In this document: piece after piece, positions 37,140 to 47,642 of the stretch
Position numbering within the stretch: position 1 is the stretch's first letter
Layout: the number at the start of each line of letters is the position of its first letter
IMG/VR virus record: IMGVR_UViG_3300046804_004208
Coordinates: 39,862-103,861 of that record
DNA: 64,000 nt
Origin: a virus
Reading direction: 5' to 3' (one strand)
Position numbers and translations under genes: made by a program
Notes under the pieces: generated by a model
Database searches by the model: none
What the model was told of the DNA's origin: nothing
What the model saw: only the letters and a program-made list of their open reading frames with translations

Positions 37140-38431
37140 TGAAAAGTTTTTCTAATTTTTTACTGGAAGCAAAGGAATCTATCGCTATTCAGCAAAGTAA
37201 GCGTATGGGTTTAGATACTGATGGGCATGGTGGTTGGTATAAAAATGGAGAATTTGTAGCTAAAACAGTAAACGGAGAATTGAAATTTTATAATAAACGT
37301 GAAAAAATTGGAAAACAAGATCCCAAACAGACTGAAAAAGAAAAAAATATTTCAAATTCAAATTTTATAGATCCTACAATAGAACAGCAAATAGGATCTG
37401 TTAATTCTGCAGATAATCAACAAATACAAGTACCAACTAATTTTATACCAATTGAAAAAACAAAAGGAATTTTAACTGTTGCTTTTGGTCGTTTTAATCC
37501 ACCTCACTTAGGACATCTTGATTTAATGGATACTGCACTTTCAACGGCAGAACAAGATGGTAGTGATTATATAATAGTTCCTTCTCGTACTCATGATAGT
37601 AAAAAAAATCCTTTAGATGCTGATTCTAAAATATCAATAATGAGGAAAATGTTCCCTCGGCATAGTGAAAGAATTTTAAATGATCCAAATATCAGTACTA
37701 TTTTTGATGTTCTTAAAAGGGCACATAATGATGGTTATTCCGGTGTAAGATTTATCAGTGGTTCAAAAAGAGTAAAAGAAATAGAAAAGTTGTCTAATAA
37801 TTATAATGGGAATCTTTATCAATTTGATAATATTGAGGTAATTCCAGTGGGTGAAAAAGATCCAGATTCTGATAAACCAGAAGATTTTTCTGCATCTAGA
37901 ATGAGACTTGCTGCAGCAGAAAATGACTATAAGACATTTCGTTCTGGAATGCCACCAGAAATGAAACCAAAAGACATTCGGGTAATTTTTAACACTATCC
38001 GACAATCAATGGGAATTCAAACTGAAGTGAATGAAGTGTGGAAAATTGCCCCAAAACTTGACTGGGAAAATCTTCGTGAAAATTATATTCAAGGTAATAT
38101 ATATCAAGTTGGGCAACTTGTAGAAAATCTGAATACTGGATTAGTTGGAAGAATAATACGCAGAGGAACAAATTATTTAATTTGCGTAACCGAAGATAAT
38201 ATTATGTTTAAGTCTTGGATTAAAGACGTAAGTGAAACATATACTGAAAAGCATATGGATAGATTGTACAGGGAACCTGGAAAACCTAATACTTTAGTTG
38301 GAACAACTGGATTTTTAAAATATGTTTGGCAGCAAACTCCAGGATCTGAACTTGGAAAAGAAAATCTTGCGTATGGTCAAAAAAATTTTGGATTGAATTT
38401 CATAAATAAGTATAAGAAAAAAAGTAATTAA
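37139..38431 (+). CDS. HxGH-family (cytidylyltransferase-like) nucleotidyltransferase
   Basis: FGRFNPPHLGH, KNPL and SASRMR; CTS-like N-terminus MKSFSNFLLE. Confidence 0.88.
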   Translation: MKSFSNFLLEAKESIAIQQSKRMGLDTDGHGGWYKNGEFVAKTVNGELKFYNKREKIGKQDPKQTEKEKNISNSNFIDPTIEQQIGSVNSADNQQIQVPTNFIPIEKTKGILTVAFGRFNPPHLGHLDLMDTALSTAEQDGSDYIIVPSRTHDSKKNPLDADSKISIMRKMFPRHSERILNDPNISTIFDVLKRAHNDGYSGVRFISGSKRVKEIEKLSNNYNGNLYQFDNIEVIPVGEKDPDSDKPEDFSASRMRLAAAENDYKTFRSGMPPEMKPKDIRVIFNTIRQSMGIQTEVNEVWKIAPKLDWENLRENYIQGNIYQVGQLVENLNTGLVGRIIRRGTNYLICVTEDNIMFKSWIKDVSETYTEKHMDRLYREPGKPNTLVGTTGFLKYVWQQTPGSELGKENLAYGQKNFGLNFINKYKKKSN

Positions 38432-38441
38432 AAAATTTCCA

Positions 38442-39839
38442 ATGAGTAAAAAAATTTTTGAAGAAAATGCAAGTGTTGCTCCTCACCAAGGACATGCTGC
38501 CGGTAATACTGATATTGAGAAAGCAGCATCACAACTTGTTTCCGATATTAAGTATAAAGTAAAAAAGCAACAATTAAGTTCAAAAACTAAACTAAATCCA
38601 GCTCAGGTTGCACAACTTTACTTAAAGTATTTGGATAGTTCAGATTCTCCAACTCAGGTTAGAGCAATTGCAAGAAAAAAATTACAACCAGAAAGACCAG
38701 TTACTCCTACTCCTATAAGAAAGGAAGAATTTATTGTAAGTGATATTGTTAAAGAATCTTTATTAGTTGCTCTCAATAAAGTTTTTGTAAATAGTGATGA
38801 AAATGAAGAAGAAGTTGGAAATGAATACTTAGAAGAACTTTATACAAAGACAAATAAAGAAGGCAAAAGATTATATCATATAAGAGTAACTGATAAAAAA
38901 ACTGGTAATACTTATACTCGTGATGCAACTCGTGAAAAAATGTCAGAACTGAGAGCAAATCCTAACATTTCTTCCGTTGAAATGACTGATTTAAATAGAG
39001 ATTCTGATGAAGAAAAGACAGGTGGTAAAAGAACTGCAAAGGTAAAGGCAGGTAAAGGATTAGATCCGGTAGGAAAAGAAGATCCTCAAGGAGATGTAGA
39101 TAATGATCGTATTCCTGCAAGTAGAGATAAAAATGACCGATATCTTTTAAAGCGTCGTGCGGCAGTTAGTAATGCTATTGCTTCTCGAAAAGATACTCAA
39201 ACCCAAAAAGAACAATTTGAGTATCTTTTTGAAATTAATAAAAAAAAGCAGAAAAAAAATGAAGTAATTGATGTTCTTAGTGGAAAGAATACTTGCGTAA
39301 AAGTTGGACCAGAAGTAAGTGAAGAAACTGTTATTGAAATGTCAGTAAGCGTTAATCAACAGCAAGCAGCTGGTGCAGCTCTTTCTGCAAAAAGAGGTAA
39401 AACAGACCCTTCAAAATTAAAAGGCGCTGCCCGTGAAATGTATGATTCCATGACAGAAAAACAACTTCGTGATTTTGCATCAACATCACATGAAGGTCTT
39501 CCAGAAAAGGTTCAAAAAGAATCCGCAGAATGTGGATGTGATGATCAGAAAAAAGAAGATACAAGACCTTTGAAAACAAAAATTAATCTTGTAAAAAATG
39601 CTTTAAGGGCAAGAGGTCTTAACATGTCTTATGAACCGGAAGGTGAATTAGTTTATGAAGGTGATGAGGACACTAATAATAATAGAGAAAGAGAAGCAGG
39701 TGATTGGAGATCAAGAAGTCAAAGGCCAGTAAGACGTAGACCTTCAGTGTCAGATGATCCAAGATATGGATCTATGTCTGATTCGGAGTGGAAAAGATCA
39801 TCCCATAATCCAGAAAACAGAAGACGTAGATACAGATAA
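38442..39839 (+). CDS. Modular late protein with DUF3008-like segment
   Basis: QQQAAGAALSAKRG...LKGAAREMYDSMTEKQLRDFAST resembles DUF3008; MSYEPEGE shared with ORF 47866. Confidence 0.75.
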   Translation: MSKKIFEENASVAPHQGHAAGNTDIEKAASQLVSDIKYKVKKQQLSSKTKLNPAQVAQLYLKYLDSSDSPTQVRAIARKKLQPERPVTPTPIRKEEFIVSDIVKESLLVALNKVFVNSDENEEEVGNEYLEELYTKTNKEGKRLYHIRVTDKKTGNTYTRDATREKMSELRANPNISSVEMTDLNRDSDEEKTGGKRTAKVKAGKGLDPVGKEDPQGDVDNDRIPASRDKNDRYLLKRRAAVSNAIASRKDTQTQKEQFEYLFEINKKKQKKNEVIDVLSGKNTCVKVGPEVSEETVIEMSVSVNQQQAAGAALSAKRGKTDPSKLKGAAREMYDSMTEKQLRDFASTSHEGLPEKVQKESAECGCDDQKKEDTRPLKTKINLVKNALRARGLNMSYEPEGELVYEGDEDTNNNREREAGDWRSRSQRPVRRRPSVSDDPRYGSMSDSEWKRSSHNPENRRRRYR

Positions 39840-39871
39840 ATAATCCAGGATACTCTTACACGGAGGATATT

Positions 39872-40054
39872 ATGGACGTAGTTGTAACAGTGGTAAAACC
39901 ACTTCTTCTAAAAATTGCAACCCATCCGGCAGTTAAAAATCTTGTTATTTCTCTTCTTGAGAAATATGTAAAAACAACTGATAATAGTATTGATGATGAA
40001 ATCTTGAAAACTATTAAGGTTCTTATTTTTAAACCAGAAGAACCTAAAGCATGA
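39872..40054 (+). CDS. Small hypothetical protein
   Basis: GGAGG RBS; TDNSIDD motif. Confidence 0.7.
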   Translation: MDVVVTVVKPLLLKIATHPAVKNLVISLLEKYVKTTDNSIDDEILKTIKVLIFKPEEPKA

Positions 40055-40215
40055 TTACTTGCTTCTTAACTAACTGGGGAGTAACTATTGTTCTTGGTCT
40101 ATTACTAACTACTTCTGAGTGGTTAGCAAAAACAAAAAGATTTGAAGAGAATGGGTTATTAGATTTAGTAAATAGTTTTTTAAAAAATATTTTAAAGAAG
40201 GGAGACCGAAAGTAA
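40051..40215 (+). CDS. Small membrane protein
   Basis: Read manually: MITCFLTNWGVTIVLGLLLTTSEWLAKTKRFEENGLLDLVNSFLKNILKKGDRK. Confidence 0.6.
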   Translation: MITCFLTNWGVTIVLGLLLTTSEWLAKTKRFEENGLLDLVNSFLKNILKKGDRK

Positions 40216-40268
40216 AGGTCTCTTTTTTTTATAAATATGAATAGAAAAAGAATTTATAGGTAAGACAC

Positions 40269-41015
40269 ATGGCTCTTTGGGGCATTTCTACAACTACTGA
40301 AACTGCGGCAAATAATTACGCACTTCCAAAACATCTTTTGGAAACGGATCGTAACACCACACCTTGGAATTGTTTTGCCGATCAAAGAGGTTGGGTTTAT
40401 AGAAGATACGGAACAACGGAACATTCTGGTTTATCAACTACTTATTATGATGAAGTTTTAGTTCCTGTTGCAGGATTGAATACTGGTGGTAATGGAGAAA
40501 ATACAACTGGTTTAGCATCTGCAACTCCTGTTGCTGTTTTCTTTGAAGATCCTAATAAATCTTCTCCAATTTCTATTGGGGCTGGTGGAACTACTGGAAT
40601 TTCTACAGGTACGACTGGATATGTTCATGTTGTTTGGAATGAACCGGTATTTTGTTCTGCTGGAGCGTCTATGCTCATTACTAGATCTACAGGTGCAGAT
40701 ATTGTTGCCACTGCTGGATCTTTTGCTAATGGATCAACAGTTAATGTATTTGTAAATGATGGTAATTATACCCAATACACAAGTTATAATGGGCAAATTT
40801 CAAATAGAATTGCTTTTGCTTTTACTGTTCCTTCTACAGGAATTGGAACGGTACTTTCTATCAAAACAACAACAAATATAGTTGGAACAATTACTGATTT
40901 TTCCAACGTTGCTGCTATTAAATCATTATCAACAGATTTAATTAGAAATATTGGTGGATCTGGAGCATATAATTCTGGTGTTGGTATTGGAACAACTACA
41001 TTAACAATAAAATAA
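40269..41015 (+). CDS. Putative virion structural protein
   Basis: MALWG start; Thr/Gly-rich beta content with GIGT motifs; late promoter at 40230. Confidence 0.7.
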   Translation: MALWGISTTTETAANNYALPKHLLETDRNTTPWNCFADQRGWVYRRYGTTEHSGLSTTYYDEVLVPVAGLNTGGNGENTTGLASATPVAVFFEDPNKSSPISIGAGGTTGISTGTTGYVHVVWNEPVFCSAGASMLITRSTGADIVATAGSFANGSTVNVFVNDGNYTQYTSYNGQISNRIAFAFTVPSTGIGTVLSIKTTTNIVGTITDFSNVAAIKSLSTDLIRNIGGSGAYNSGVGIGTTTLTIK

Positions 41016-41025
41016 TAATTAGTTT

Positions 41026-41400
41026 ATGAGATTTGATGAATTGAATGAGAGTAATTACATGCTCTTTGCAATAAAATTTTATAATAATCCTCAAGCAGTT
41101 ACAAAAGATGATTTTGAGGATGATTTGAAACGCATAAAATATGTAAAAAGGTTATTGAAAAAGTATAAAAACACTGGCGAATTAAAAATTCATCTTATTC
41201 TAAATCATTTAATAGTTTTATTTAATGTTTTTGATGATGCTGCGGTTCCTTTATTATTTTATAATTTGGAAAGTAATCTATGGCCAGCAACAAAAAGTTT
41301 TTTATTATTTTTAAATAGAATACCAAACTATCCAATTAGTCAAGATATTACTGATATAGAAATTGATAATTATTGTTTAAAAAAATTGCAAGAAATCTAA
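41026..41400 (+). CDS. Conserved T4-like hypothetical protein
   Basis: YNNPQ...F.DDLKRIKYVKRLL...LILNHLIVLFNVF. Confidence 0.8.
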   Translation: MRFDELNESNYMLFAIKFYNNPQAVTKDDFEDDLKRIKYVKRLLKKYKNTGELKIHLILNHLIVLFNVFDDAAVPLLFYNLESNLWPATKSFLLFLNRIPNYPISQDITDIEIDNYCLKKLQEI

Positions 41401-41597
41401 TGGATATCAATAAAATTATTTTTATCGTTCGTTCTCTAAAAGAAGAAGCAGTGACTCTTGGTTCTGCTTTAATTGCAGGTACTAAAGAAGCAGGTGATGA
41501 TCCTCCAGTTGATTTGAGAAAAGATAAAAGAAGAAATTGGAATCCATTTTTTAAAGATCTTGCAAGAATACAAAGAAGAAAACCTCCAAAAATTTAA
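41400..41597 (+). CDS. Hypothetical protein
   Basis: Coupled TAATG start. Confidence 0.6.
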   Translation: MDINKIIFIVRSLKEEAVTLGSALIAGTKEAGDDPPVDLRKDKRRNWNPFFKDLARIQRRKPPKI

Positions 41598-41602
41598 GTA
41601 AA

Positions 41603-42019
41603 ATGTTTTCCCAAGAATCAAAATTAGCGGTTCTTGAATCTAAACTGGGAATTTATGAAGATCTTTCCCGCGAGATGTTATCAAAATTAGAAGCAGCGGT
41701 CGATAAGATCTCTGAAGGTAATTCACGTATTGCTACAATTCTTGCAAAACATGATGAGAGAATAGAGCAAAGTATGAAAAATGATGCACTTCTTGTTAAA
41801 ATGATAGACGAAATGAAAGAGGATAATGATAAAGAACATAAAGGAATAGAAGAAAGATTTGATAAAATTAATGAAAAAATAGAGGATCTTAAAAAATTTA
41901 GATGGCAAGCAGGTGGTATACTTGCTTTTGTAATAGTGCTTATTGGGGTCATTAATGCATTTGTCCCCAAGTTCTTGACAGCACAACCCCAGCAGGTTAT
42001 AATAGAGCGCACGAACTAA
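41603..42019 (+). CDS. Coiled-coil protein with C-terminal transmembrane helix
   Basis: Heptad region followed by KFRWQAGGILAFVIVLIGVI. Confidence 0.75.
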   Translation: MFSQESKLAVLESKLGIYEDLSREMLSKLEAAVDKISEGNSRIATILAKHDERIEQSMKNDALLVKMIDEMKEDNDKEHKGIEERFDKINEKIEDLKKFRWQAGGILAFVIVLIGVINAFVPKFLTAQPQQVIIERTN

Positions 42020-42030
42020 TACCCTTTATA

Positions 42031-43002
42031 ATGGATTTGATTGACTCTAAGTACATTGTACTCGTTTCGTCACGCTTACAAAAGTTTAAGAGAGTCAAAG
42101 CAGATCTCTACAACTTCCGTTGCCCACTATGTGGCGACTCTCAAAAGAACAAGAATAAAACAAGAGGATATATCTATCCCATAAAGAATAACACAAACTT
42201 TAAGTGCCATAATTGTGGGGCAAGTTTATCCTTCAATAATTTTCTTAAAGAGTTAGATCCTACTCTCCATAAACAATATACGCTAGAAAAATTTAAGGAA
42301 GGACACACTGGTAAAAATTTTGTAGTTGAGGAACCAAAGTTTGAATTTGCCAAACCAATTTTTAAAAAGAAATTAGACTTACCAAAAGCATCAGAAGTTC
42401 CCATTGCTAGAAAATATCTGGAAAAAAGAAAATTAAATCCTGAAAAGTTTTATTTTTCTGACAAATTTAAGCAATGGGTAAATATTCAAAAACACACTTT
42501 TGATACTATTGGTAGGGATGAGGGTCGTATTATCATACCTATGTATGATACTAACAGCAATCTGATTGGATTTCAGGGAAGAGCACTAGATTCAAACTCT
42601 GTTAAATATATTACTGTGATGCTTTCCGATGACTCGCCTAAAATTTATGGGTTGGATCAAATCGATACTTCAAAATCCATTTACATTGTTGAAGGACCCT
42701 TCGACTCCACGTTTGTACAAAATTCTGTTGCTATGTGTGGGTCCGACGTTGATATTAGGTCGTTTAATTGGAGCGATTATATTTACGTTTTTGATAACGA
42801 ACCTCGCAATCGAGAAATCGTCAACCGAATATCAAAAACCATCGGCAGAGGTGACAAGGTGATTATTTGGCCAACATTAATCCAGCAAAAAGATATTAAT
42901 GATATGGTTTTAGCTGGACTTAATGTTATGGATGTGTTAAAATCAAATACATACTCAGGTTTAGAAGCAAAAATTAAGTTTAACAATTGGAAGAAAGTAT
43001 GA
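42031..43002 (+). CDS. g61: DNA primase
   Basis: CPLCGDS...CHNC zinc ribbon; VEGPFDS, FDNE and KDIND TOPRIM motifs. Confidence 0.97.
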   Translation: MDLIDSKYIVLVSSRLQKFKRVKADLYNFRCPLCGDSQKNKNKTRGYIYPIKNNTNFKCHNCGASLSFNNFLKELDPTLHKQYTLEKFKEGHTGKNFVVEEPKFEFAKPIFKKKLDLPKASEVPIARKYLEKRKLNPEKFYFSDKFKQWVNIQKHTFDTIGRDEGRIIIPMYDTNSNLIGFQGRALDSNSVKYITVMLSDDSPKIYGLDQIDTSKSIYIVEGPFDSTFVQNSVAMCGSDVDIRSFNWSDYIYVFDNEPRNREIVNRISKTIGRGDKVIIWPTLIQQKDINDMVLAGLNVMDVLKSNTYSGLEAKIKFNNWKKV

Positions 43003-45296
43003 GCAACGGAACGAAAGTCGTTAAAAGAAATGGTAAAACAGAACTACTAGATTTAAATAAACTCCACGTTATGGTGGAAGAATCCTGCAAAGACCTAGCA
43101 GGTGTATCAGCATCTCAGGTAGAGATGCAATCAGGCATTCAATTCTATGATGGTATTACTACCGCAGAAATTCAGGAGATTCTGATTCGTTCTGCTTCTG
43201 ACCTGATTGATCTGGATCACCCTAATTATCAATTCGTCGCTGCTCGCCTGCTTTTGTTTGCCCTTCGTAAGCAATTGTTTGGTCGTATGCACGAATGCCC
43301 CACAGTTAAACAGCACGTACTTCGTGCCGTTGGTAGAGGTGTCTATGATGCAGAAATCTTGGATCTGTATACTGATGAAGAGTTTGATAAACTTGAGTCG
43401 TTCATTGATCATAGTCGTGACTATCTGTTCACTTATGCAGGTCTACGTCAAGTTGTTGATAAGTATCTCGTGCAGGATAGAAGTTCTAATGAACTTTATG
43501 AAACGCCACAGTTTATGTACCTTTTGATTGCGGCAACTATCTTTTCCAAGTATCCTAAAGAAACACGTTTAGATTACGTTAGGAAGTACTACGATGCAAT
43601 CTCAAAGCACAAAATCAACATCCCAACACCAATCATGGCGGGAGTGCGAACACCACTTAGACAATATGCTAGTTGTGTTCTTGTTGATGTTGATGACACC
43701 CTCGATTCTATCTTTAGCAGTGATATGGCTATTGGCAGATACGTTGCACAAAGGGCGGGTATCGGTATCAACGCAGGTCGAATCCGTGGTATCAACAGTA
43801 AAATTAGAGGCGGTGAAGTCCAGCACACTGGCGTTGTACCATTTCTCAAAAAGTTTGAAGCAACTGTCCGTTGCTGTACGCAAAATGGTATACGAGGAGG
43901 AAGTGCGACGGTCCACTTCCCAATCTGGCACCAAGAAATAGAAGACATTCTTGTTCTTAAAAATAACAAAGGAACCGAAGATAATCGCGTTCGTAAGTTA
44001 GACTACAGTATCCAAATTTCCAAACTGTTCTATGAGCGATTCATCAAGAATGAAGAGATCTCACTCTTCTCTCCCCACTCCGTTCCTGGTTTGTATGATG
44101 CTTTTGGGACTGATAGATTTGACGATCTATATGTACGTTATGAACGAGATCAGTCTATTCCAAGAAAAACTATTGGTGCTCAAGAACTCTTTTTGGACCT
44201 CCTAAAAGAACGTGCTGAAACTGGTCGTGTTTATATCATGAACATTGACCACTGTAACTCTCACTCATCTTTTATTGATAAGGTTGAGATGAGTAATCTA
44301 TGTCAGGAAATTACCTTACCTACCAAACCTATTCAACATATTGATGATCCAAATGGGGAAATTGCTCTCTGTATTCTTAGTGCTATTAACGTTGGAAAAA
44401 TTAGGGATCACGAAGATCTTGAAGTTCTTTGCGATCTTGCTGTTAGGAGTCTTGATGAACTCATTGATTTTCAAGGATATCCCGTCAAAGCAGCAGAAAT
44501 CGCCACAAGGGCACGTCGTTCACTTGGAGTAGGTTTTATTGGTCTTGCACACTATCTTGCCAAGCATGGCGAGCATTACGATGATCCTGGTGCTTGGAAA
44601 CTTGTCCATGATCTTACTGAAGCATTCCAATATTATCTTATTCAATCAACCGTCAATCTTGCTAAAGAAAAAGGTGCATGTGAATATTCACATCGCACCA
44701 AATATGGACAAGGAATTCTTCCGATTGATACATACAAAAAGGACGTTGATGAAATTGTACCTAACGAACTTAAGTATGATTGGGAATCGCTTCGTGAGCG
44801 GGTCAAGCAGTACGGAGTACGGAACAGCACGTTGTCCGCACAGATGCCTTCGGAGAGCAGTTCCGTTGTGTCAAATGCAACCAATGGAATCGAACCACCT
44901 CGCGGATACTTGTCCGTTAAGAAGTCGAAGAAAGGACCGCTCAAGCAGATTGTTCCCCAGTATCAAACACTTAAAAACAATTATACGCTTCTGTGGGATA
45001 TGCCTAGCAATCGTGGTTATATCAATATTGTTGCTGTTATGCAAAAATTCTTTGATCAGGCGATTAGTGGAAACTGGTCCTATAACCCGCAAAATTATCC
45101 AGATAATGAAGTCCCGACTTCAATAATGGCACAAGATCTTTTAACTACATATAAGTACGGCTGGAAAACCAGCTATTATCAAAATACATATGATCATAAG
45201 ACTGATGAAGTTGAAGAAACCAAGCAGTCTCTTGATAGTTTAATTTCCGATATTCTAGAATCAGAGGAGGAAGATTGTGAGTCTTGTAAGATTTAA
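42999..45296 (+). CDS. nrdA: Class Ia ribonucleotide reductase alpha subunit
   Basis: ATP cone, PTPIMAG, SCVL, SNLCQEI, MPSESSS and C-terminal CESC. Confidence 0.98.
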   Translation: MSNGTKVVKRNGKTELLDLNKLHVMVEESCKDLAGVSASQVEMQSGIQFYDGITTAEIQEILIRSASDLIDLDHPNYQFVAARLLLFALRKQLFGRMHECPTVKQHVLRAVGRGVYDAEILDLYTDEEFDKLESFIDHSRDYLFTYAGLRQVVDKYLVQDRSSNELYETPQFMYLLIAATIFSKYPKETRLDYVRKYYDAISKHKINIPTPIMAGVRTPLRQYASCVLVDVDDTLDSIFSSDMAIGRYVAQRAGIGINAGRIRGINSKIRGGEVQHTGVVPFLKKFEATVRCCTQNGIRGGSATVHFPIWHQEIEDILVLKNNKGTEDNRVRKLDYSIQISKLFYERFIKNEEISLFSPHSVPGLYDAFGTDRFDDLYVRYERDQSIPRKTIGAQELFLDLLKERAETGRVYIMNIDHCNSHSSFIDKVEMSNLCQEITLPTKPIQHIDDPNGEIALCILSAINVGKIRDHEDLEVLCDLAVRSLDELIDFQGYPVKAAEIATRARRSLGVGFIGLAHYLAKHGEHYDDPGAWKLVHDLTEAFQYYLIQSTVNLAKEKGACEYSHRTKYGQGILPIDTYKKDVDEIVPNELKYDWESLRERVKQYGVRNSTLSAQMPSESSSVVSNATNGIEPPRGYLSVKKSKKGPLKQIVPQYQTLKNNYTLLWDMPSNRGYINIVAVMQKFFDQAISGNWSYNPQNYPDNEVPTSIMAQDLLTTYKYGWKTSYYQNTYDHKTDEVEETKQSLDSLISDILESEEEDCESCKI

Positions 45297-46461
45297 AACA
45301 GGTTTGGAGGAAAAGCCAATGGTCGAATCAATGACCGTTTTCAATCCTCAGGAAGTAGATACCAAAAAGCAACCTATGTTTTTTGGACAACCACTAGGAA
45401 TACAAAGATATGATTCTTACAAATACCCAATCTTCGACAAATTAACAACTCAACAACTAGGTTACTTTTGGAGACCCGAAGAGGTCTCCCTCCAAAAGGA
45501 CAGGGGAGATTATCAATCTCTTCGTCCAGAACAAAAACACATTTTCACCAGCAACCTGAAGTATCAGGTGATGTTGGACTCGGTTCAGGGTCGTGGACCT
45601 GGTATGGCGTTCGCGCCTTACTGCTCTCTCCCTGAACTGGAAGCGTGTATGAAGGTATGGGAGTTTATGGAGATGATCCACTCCCGTTCATACACTTATA
45701 TCATCAAGAATGTTTATTCGGACCCATCTGAAGTTTTTGATACGATTCTGAAAGAGGATCGTATTATGGAACGTGCTGTGAGTGTAACTCAGGCATATAA
45801 CGACTTTATCAACAGTGCTCATCAATATGATAATTCAAGTGAATGGATTCATGCGTTAGAACAAGTCCCATACGCACAAGAGGCAAGGTATGAACTCAAG
45901 CGCAAACTTTTCAGAGCAGTTGCAAACGTTAATATTCTTGAAGGCATTCGCTTTTACGTGTCATTTGCTTGCAGTTTTGCTTTTGGCGAACTCAAACTTA
46001 TGGAGGGAAGCGCAAAAATTATCTCATTGATTGCTCGTGATGAGAATCAGCACCTAGTTATCACTCAGAACATTCTGAATAAGTGGAAAGAAGGTGATGA
46101 CCCTGAGATGGTACGTATTGCTAAAGAAGAAGAGCAATGGTTCTATAAGACCTTTGAGAATGCTGTGAATCAGGAAAAACTCTGGGCAGAGTATCTGTTC
46201 AAGGATGGATCTATGATTGGACTGAATGACAAACTCTTACAGCAGTATGTTGAGTGGATTGCGAATCGTAGAATGAAAGCAATTGGTCTTCGCCCACTTT
46301 ATGATATTCCAGCAAAGAACAATCCCCTTCCTTGGACGGAACATTGGATTTCTTCTAAGGGTCTTCAAGTCAGCCCACAGCAAACGCAAGTGCAGTCATA
46401 TATTGTTGGTGGTATTAAGCACGATGTCACTGCCAATACATTTAGCAATTTTCAACTTTGA
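45277..46461 (+). CDS. nrdB: Class Ia ribonucleotide reductase beta subunit
   Basis: FWRPEE, DSVQGR, EMIHSRSY, EGIRFYVSF and RDENQH. Confidence 0.97.
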   Translation: MSLVRFKTGLEEKPMVESMTVFNPQEVDTKKQPMFFGQPLGIQRYDSYKYPIFDKLTTQQLGYFWRPEEVSLQKDRGDYQSLRPEQKHIFTSNLKYQVMLDSVQGRGPGMAFAPYCSLPELEACMKVWEFMEMIHSRSYTYIIKNVYSDPSEVFDTILKEDRIMERAVSVTQAYNDFINSAHQYDNSSEWIHALEQVPYAQEARYELKRKLFRAVANVNILEGIRFYVSFACSFAFGELKLMEGSAKIISLIARDENQHLVITQNILNKWKEGDDPEMVRIAKEEEQWFYKTFENAVNQEKLWAEYLFKDGSMIGLNDKLLQQYVEWIANRRMKAIGLRPLYDIPAKNNPLPWTEHWISSKGLQVSPQQTQVQSYIVGGIKHDVTANTFSNFQL

Positions 46462-46518
46462 CAAATACAAGAAACTGAAATATAATATTATATAAATAGT
46501 ATTAGAGTTCAGTTTCTT
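46458..46518 (+). promoter_or_regulatory. Endonuclease control region: sigma70 promoter, late promoter and RBS-occluding inverted repeat
   Basis: TTGACA(46458)-17-TATAAT(46481); TATAAATA at 46491; aagaaactgaa/ttcagtttctt inverted repeat. Confidence 0.7.
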
Positions 46519-46522
46519 ATTT

Positions 46523-47254
46523 ATGTATTATGTTTATGAATTAATAGACCCGAGAGTTAATATTCCTTTTTATGTTGGAAAGGGAAAAAATGATAGGGTC
46601 TATTTTCATTTGTCTGAAAAATCAAGAGCAAAGAGTGATAATGAAAGAAAATTTAATAAAATACAAAAAATAAGAGAATGTGGATATGAACCTGAGATTA
46701 AAATAGTAAAATATTTTGATAATGAAGATGATGCTTATTTTTATGAGGAATTATTGATACAAAAATATGGAAGAATACGATATGATGAAAATGGTATATT
46801 AACAAATATATGTGAAAGTTCTAGACCTCCCAAATTAAAAGGAAGAACTTATAAAGAAATATATGGTGATAACTGGGAAGAGCAAATAGAAAAAAGAAGA
46901 AAGGTGCAAATAGAAGCAGGTGGGTATGGACCTAAAAAACATAGTGAAGAAACTAAAAAGAAAATAAGCGAAAAAGTTTCTGGTAAAAATAATCCAAGTT
47001 ATGGTATTCCTTGTAGTGAAGAAAGAAAGAGAAAAATAAGTGAAAGGGCAAAGGAAAGATTTGCCGAAGGTTTTAAATCTTCATCATCAGTAACTTATCT
47101 TTTGATAAGTCCTTTCGGAGAAAAATTTGAGGTATTTGGAGAACTTAAAAAATTTTGTAAGTCTCAAAATATTTCTTATGCTACTATGCACGCAGCAATA
47201 CTTTATGAAAGAAAAGGACCAAGAAGAAATGGATGGTCAATTGAGAAAATTTAG
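46523..47254 (+). mobile_element. Free-standing GIY-YIG homing endonuclease with NUMOD3 repeats
   Basis: YYVYELIDP...FYVGKG...R; HSEETKKKISE and NNPSYG. Confidence 0.9.
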
Positions 47255-47642
47255 AATATCACTACCTGAAGATGAGTGTGTGATAAAACTTCAGGAGTAT
47301 TGTAAGTTCTCCTCTACTTTGCTAAAAGTTCCAATTATTAAAAAACCATTATGTATTGATGCAAATTGCCACAATAATGTAAATCATTATGTGAATACTT
47401 ATGGCGGAGAAAAGATAAGTGGATACTATTTGATTACAGATACTGAAGATGAAACTTATGGATGTGCAATATACCATAGTATCTGGAAAAATACTTATGG
47501 AGATCTAGTTGATATAACTCCATTTGAGGATGGTAGAGAATATAATATGTTCTCTGTTATGAATACTACAGAATATTACTCTGGAGTTGCATATGATGGA
47601 AAAAGATATAAATTATTAGAACCAGGACTTAACATAATCTAA
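47229..47642 (+). CDS. Hypothetical passenger protein of the nrdB insertion
   Basis: MDGQLRK...; CHNNV...GG...HSIW....LVDITP suggests a Cys-His-Asp (transglutaminase/papain-like) fold. Confidence 0.6.
   Translation: MDGQLRKFRISLPEDECVIKLQEYCKFSSTLLKVPIIKKPLCIDANCHNNVNHYVNTYGGEKISGYYLITDTEDETYGCAIYHSIWKNTYGDLVDITPFEDGREYNMFSVMNTTEYYSGVAYDGKRYKLLEPGLNII

Noticed and set aside
29017-45296. Inteins in g43, g41 or nrdA
   Set aside because: Protein lengths are typical and no C/S...HN splice motifs or LAGLIDADG inserts were seen
424-45681. Numerous 60-195 aa alternate-frame and antisense ORFs inside g18, g23, cobS-like, g43 and nrdA/B
   Set aside because: No motifs, RBS or promoters; expected by-products of codon bias in long genes
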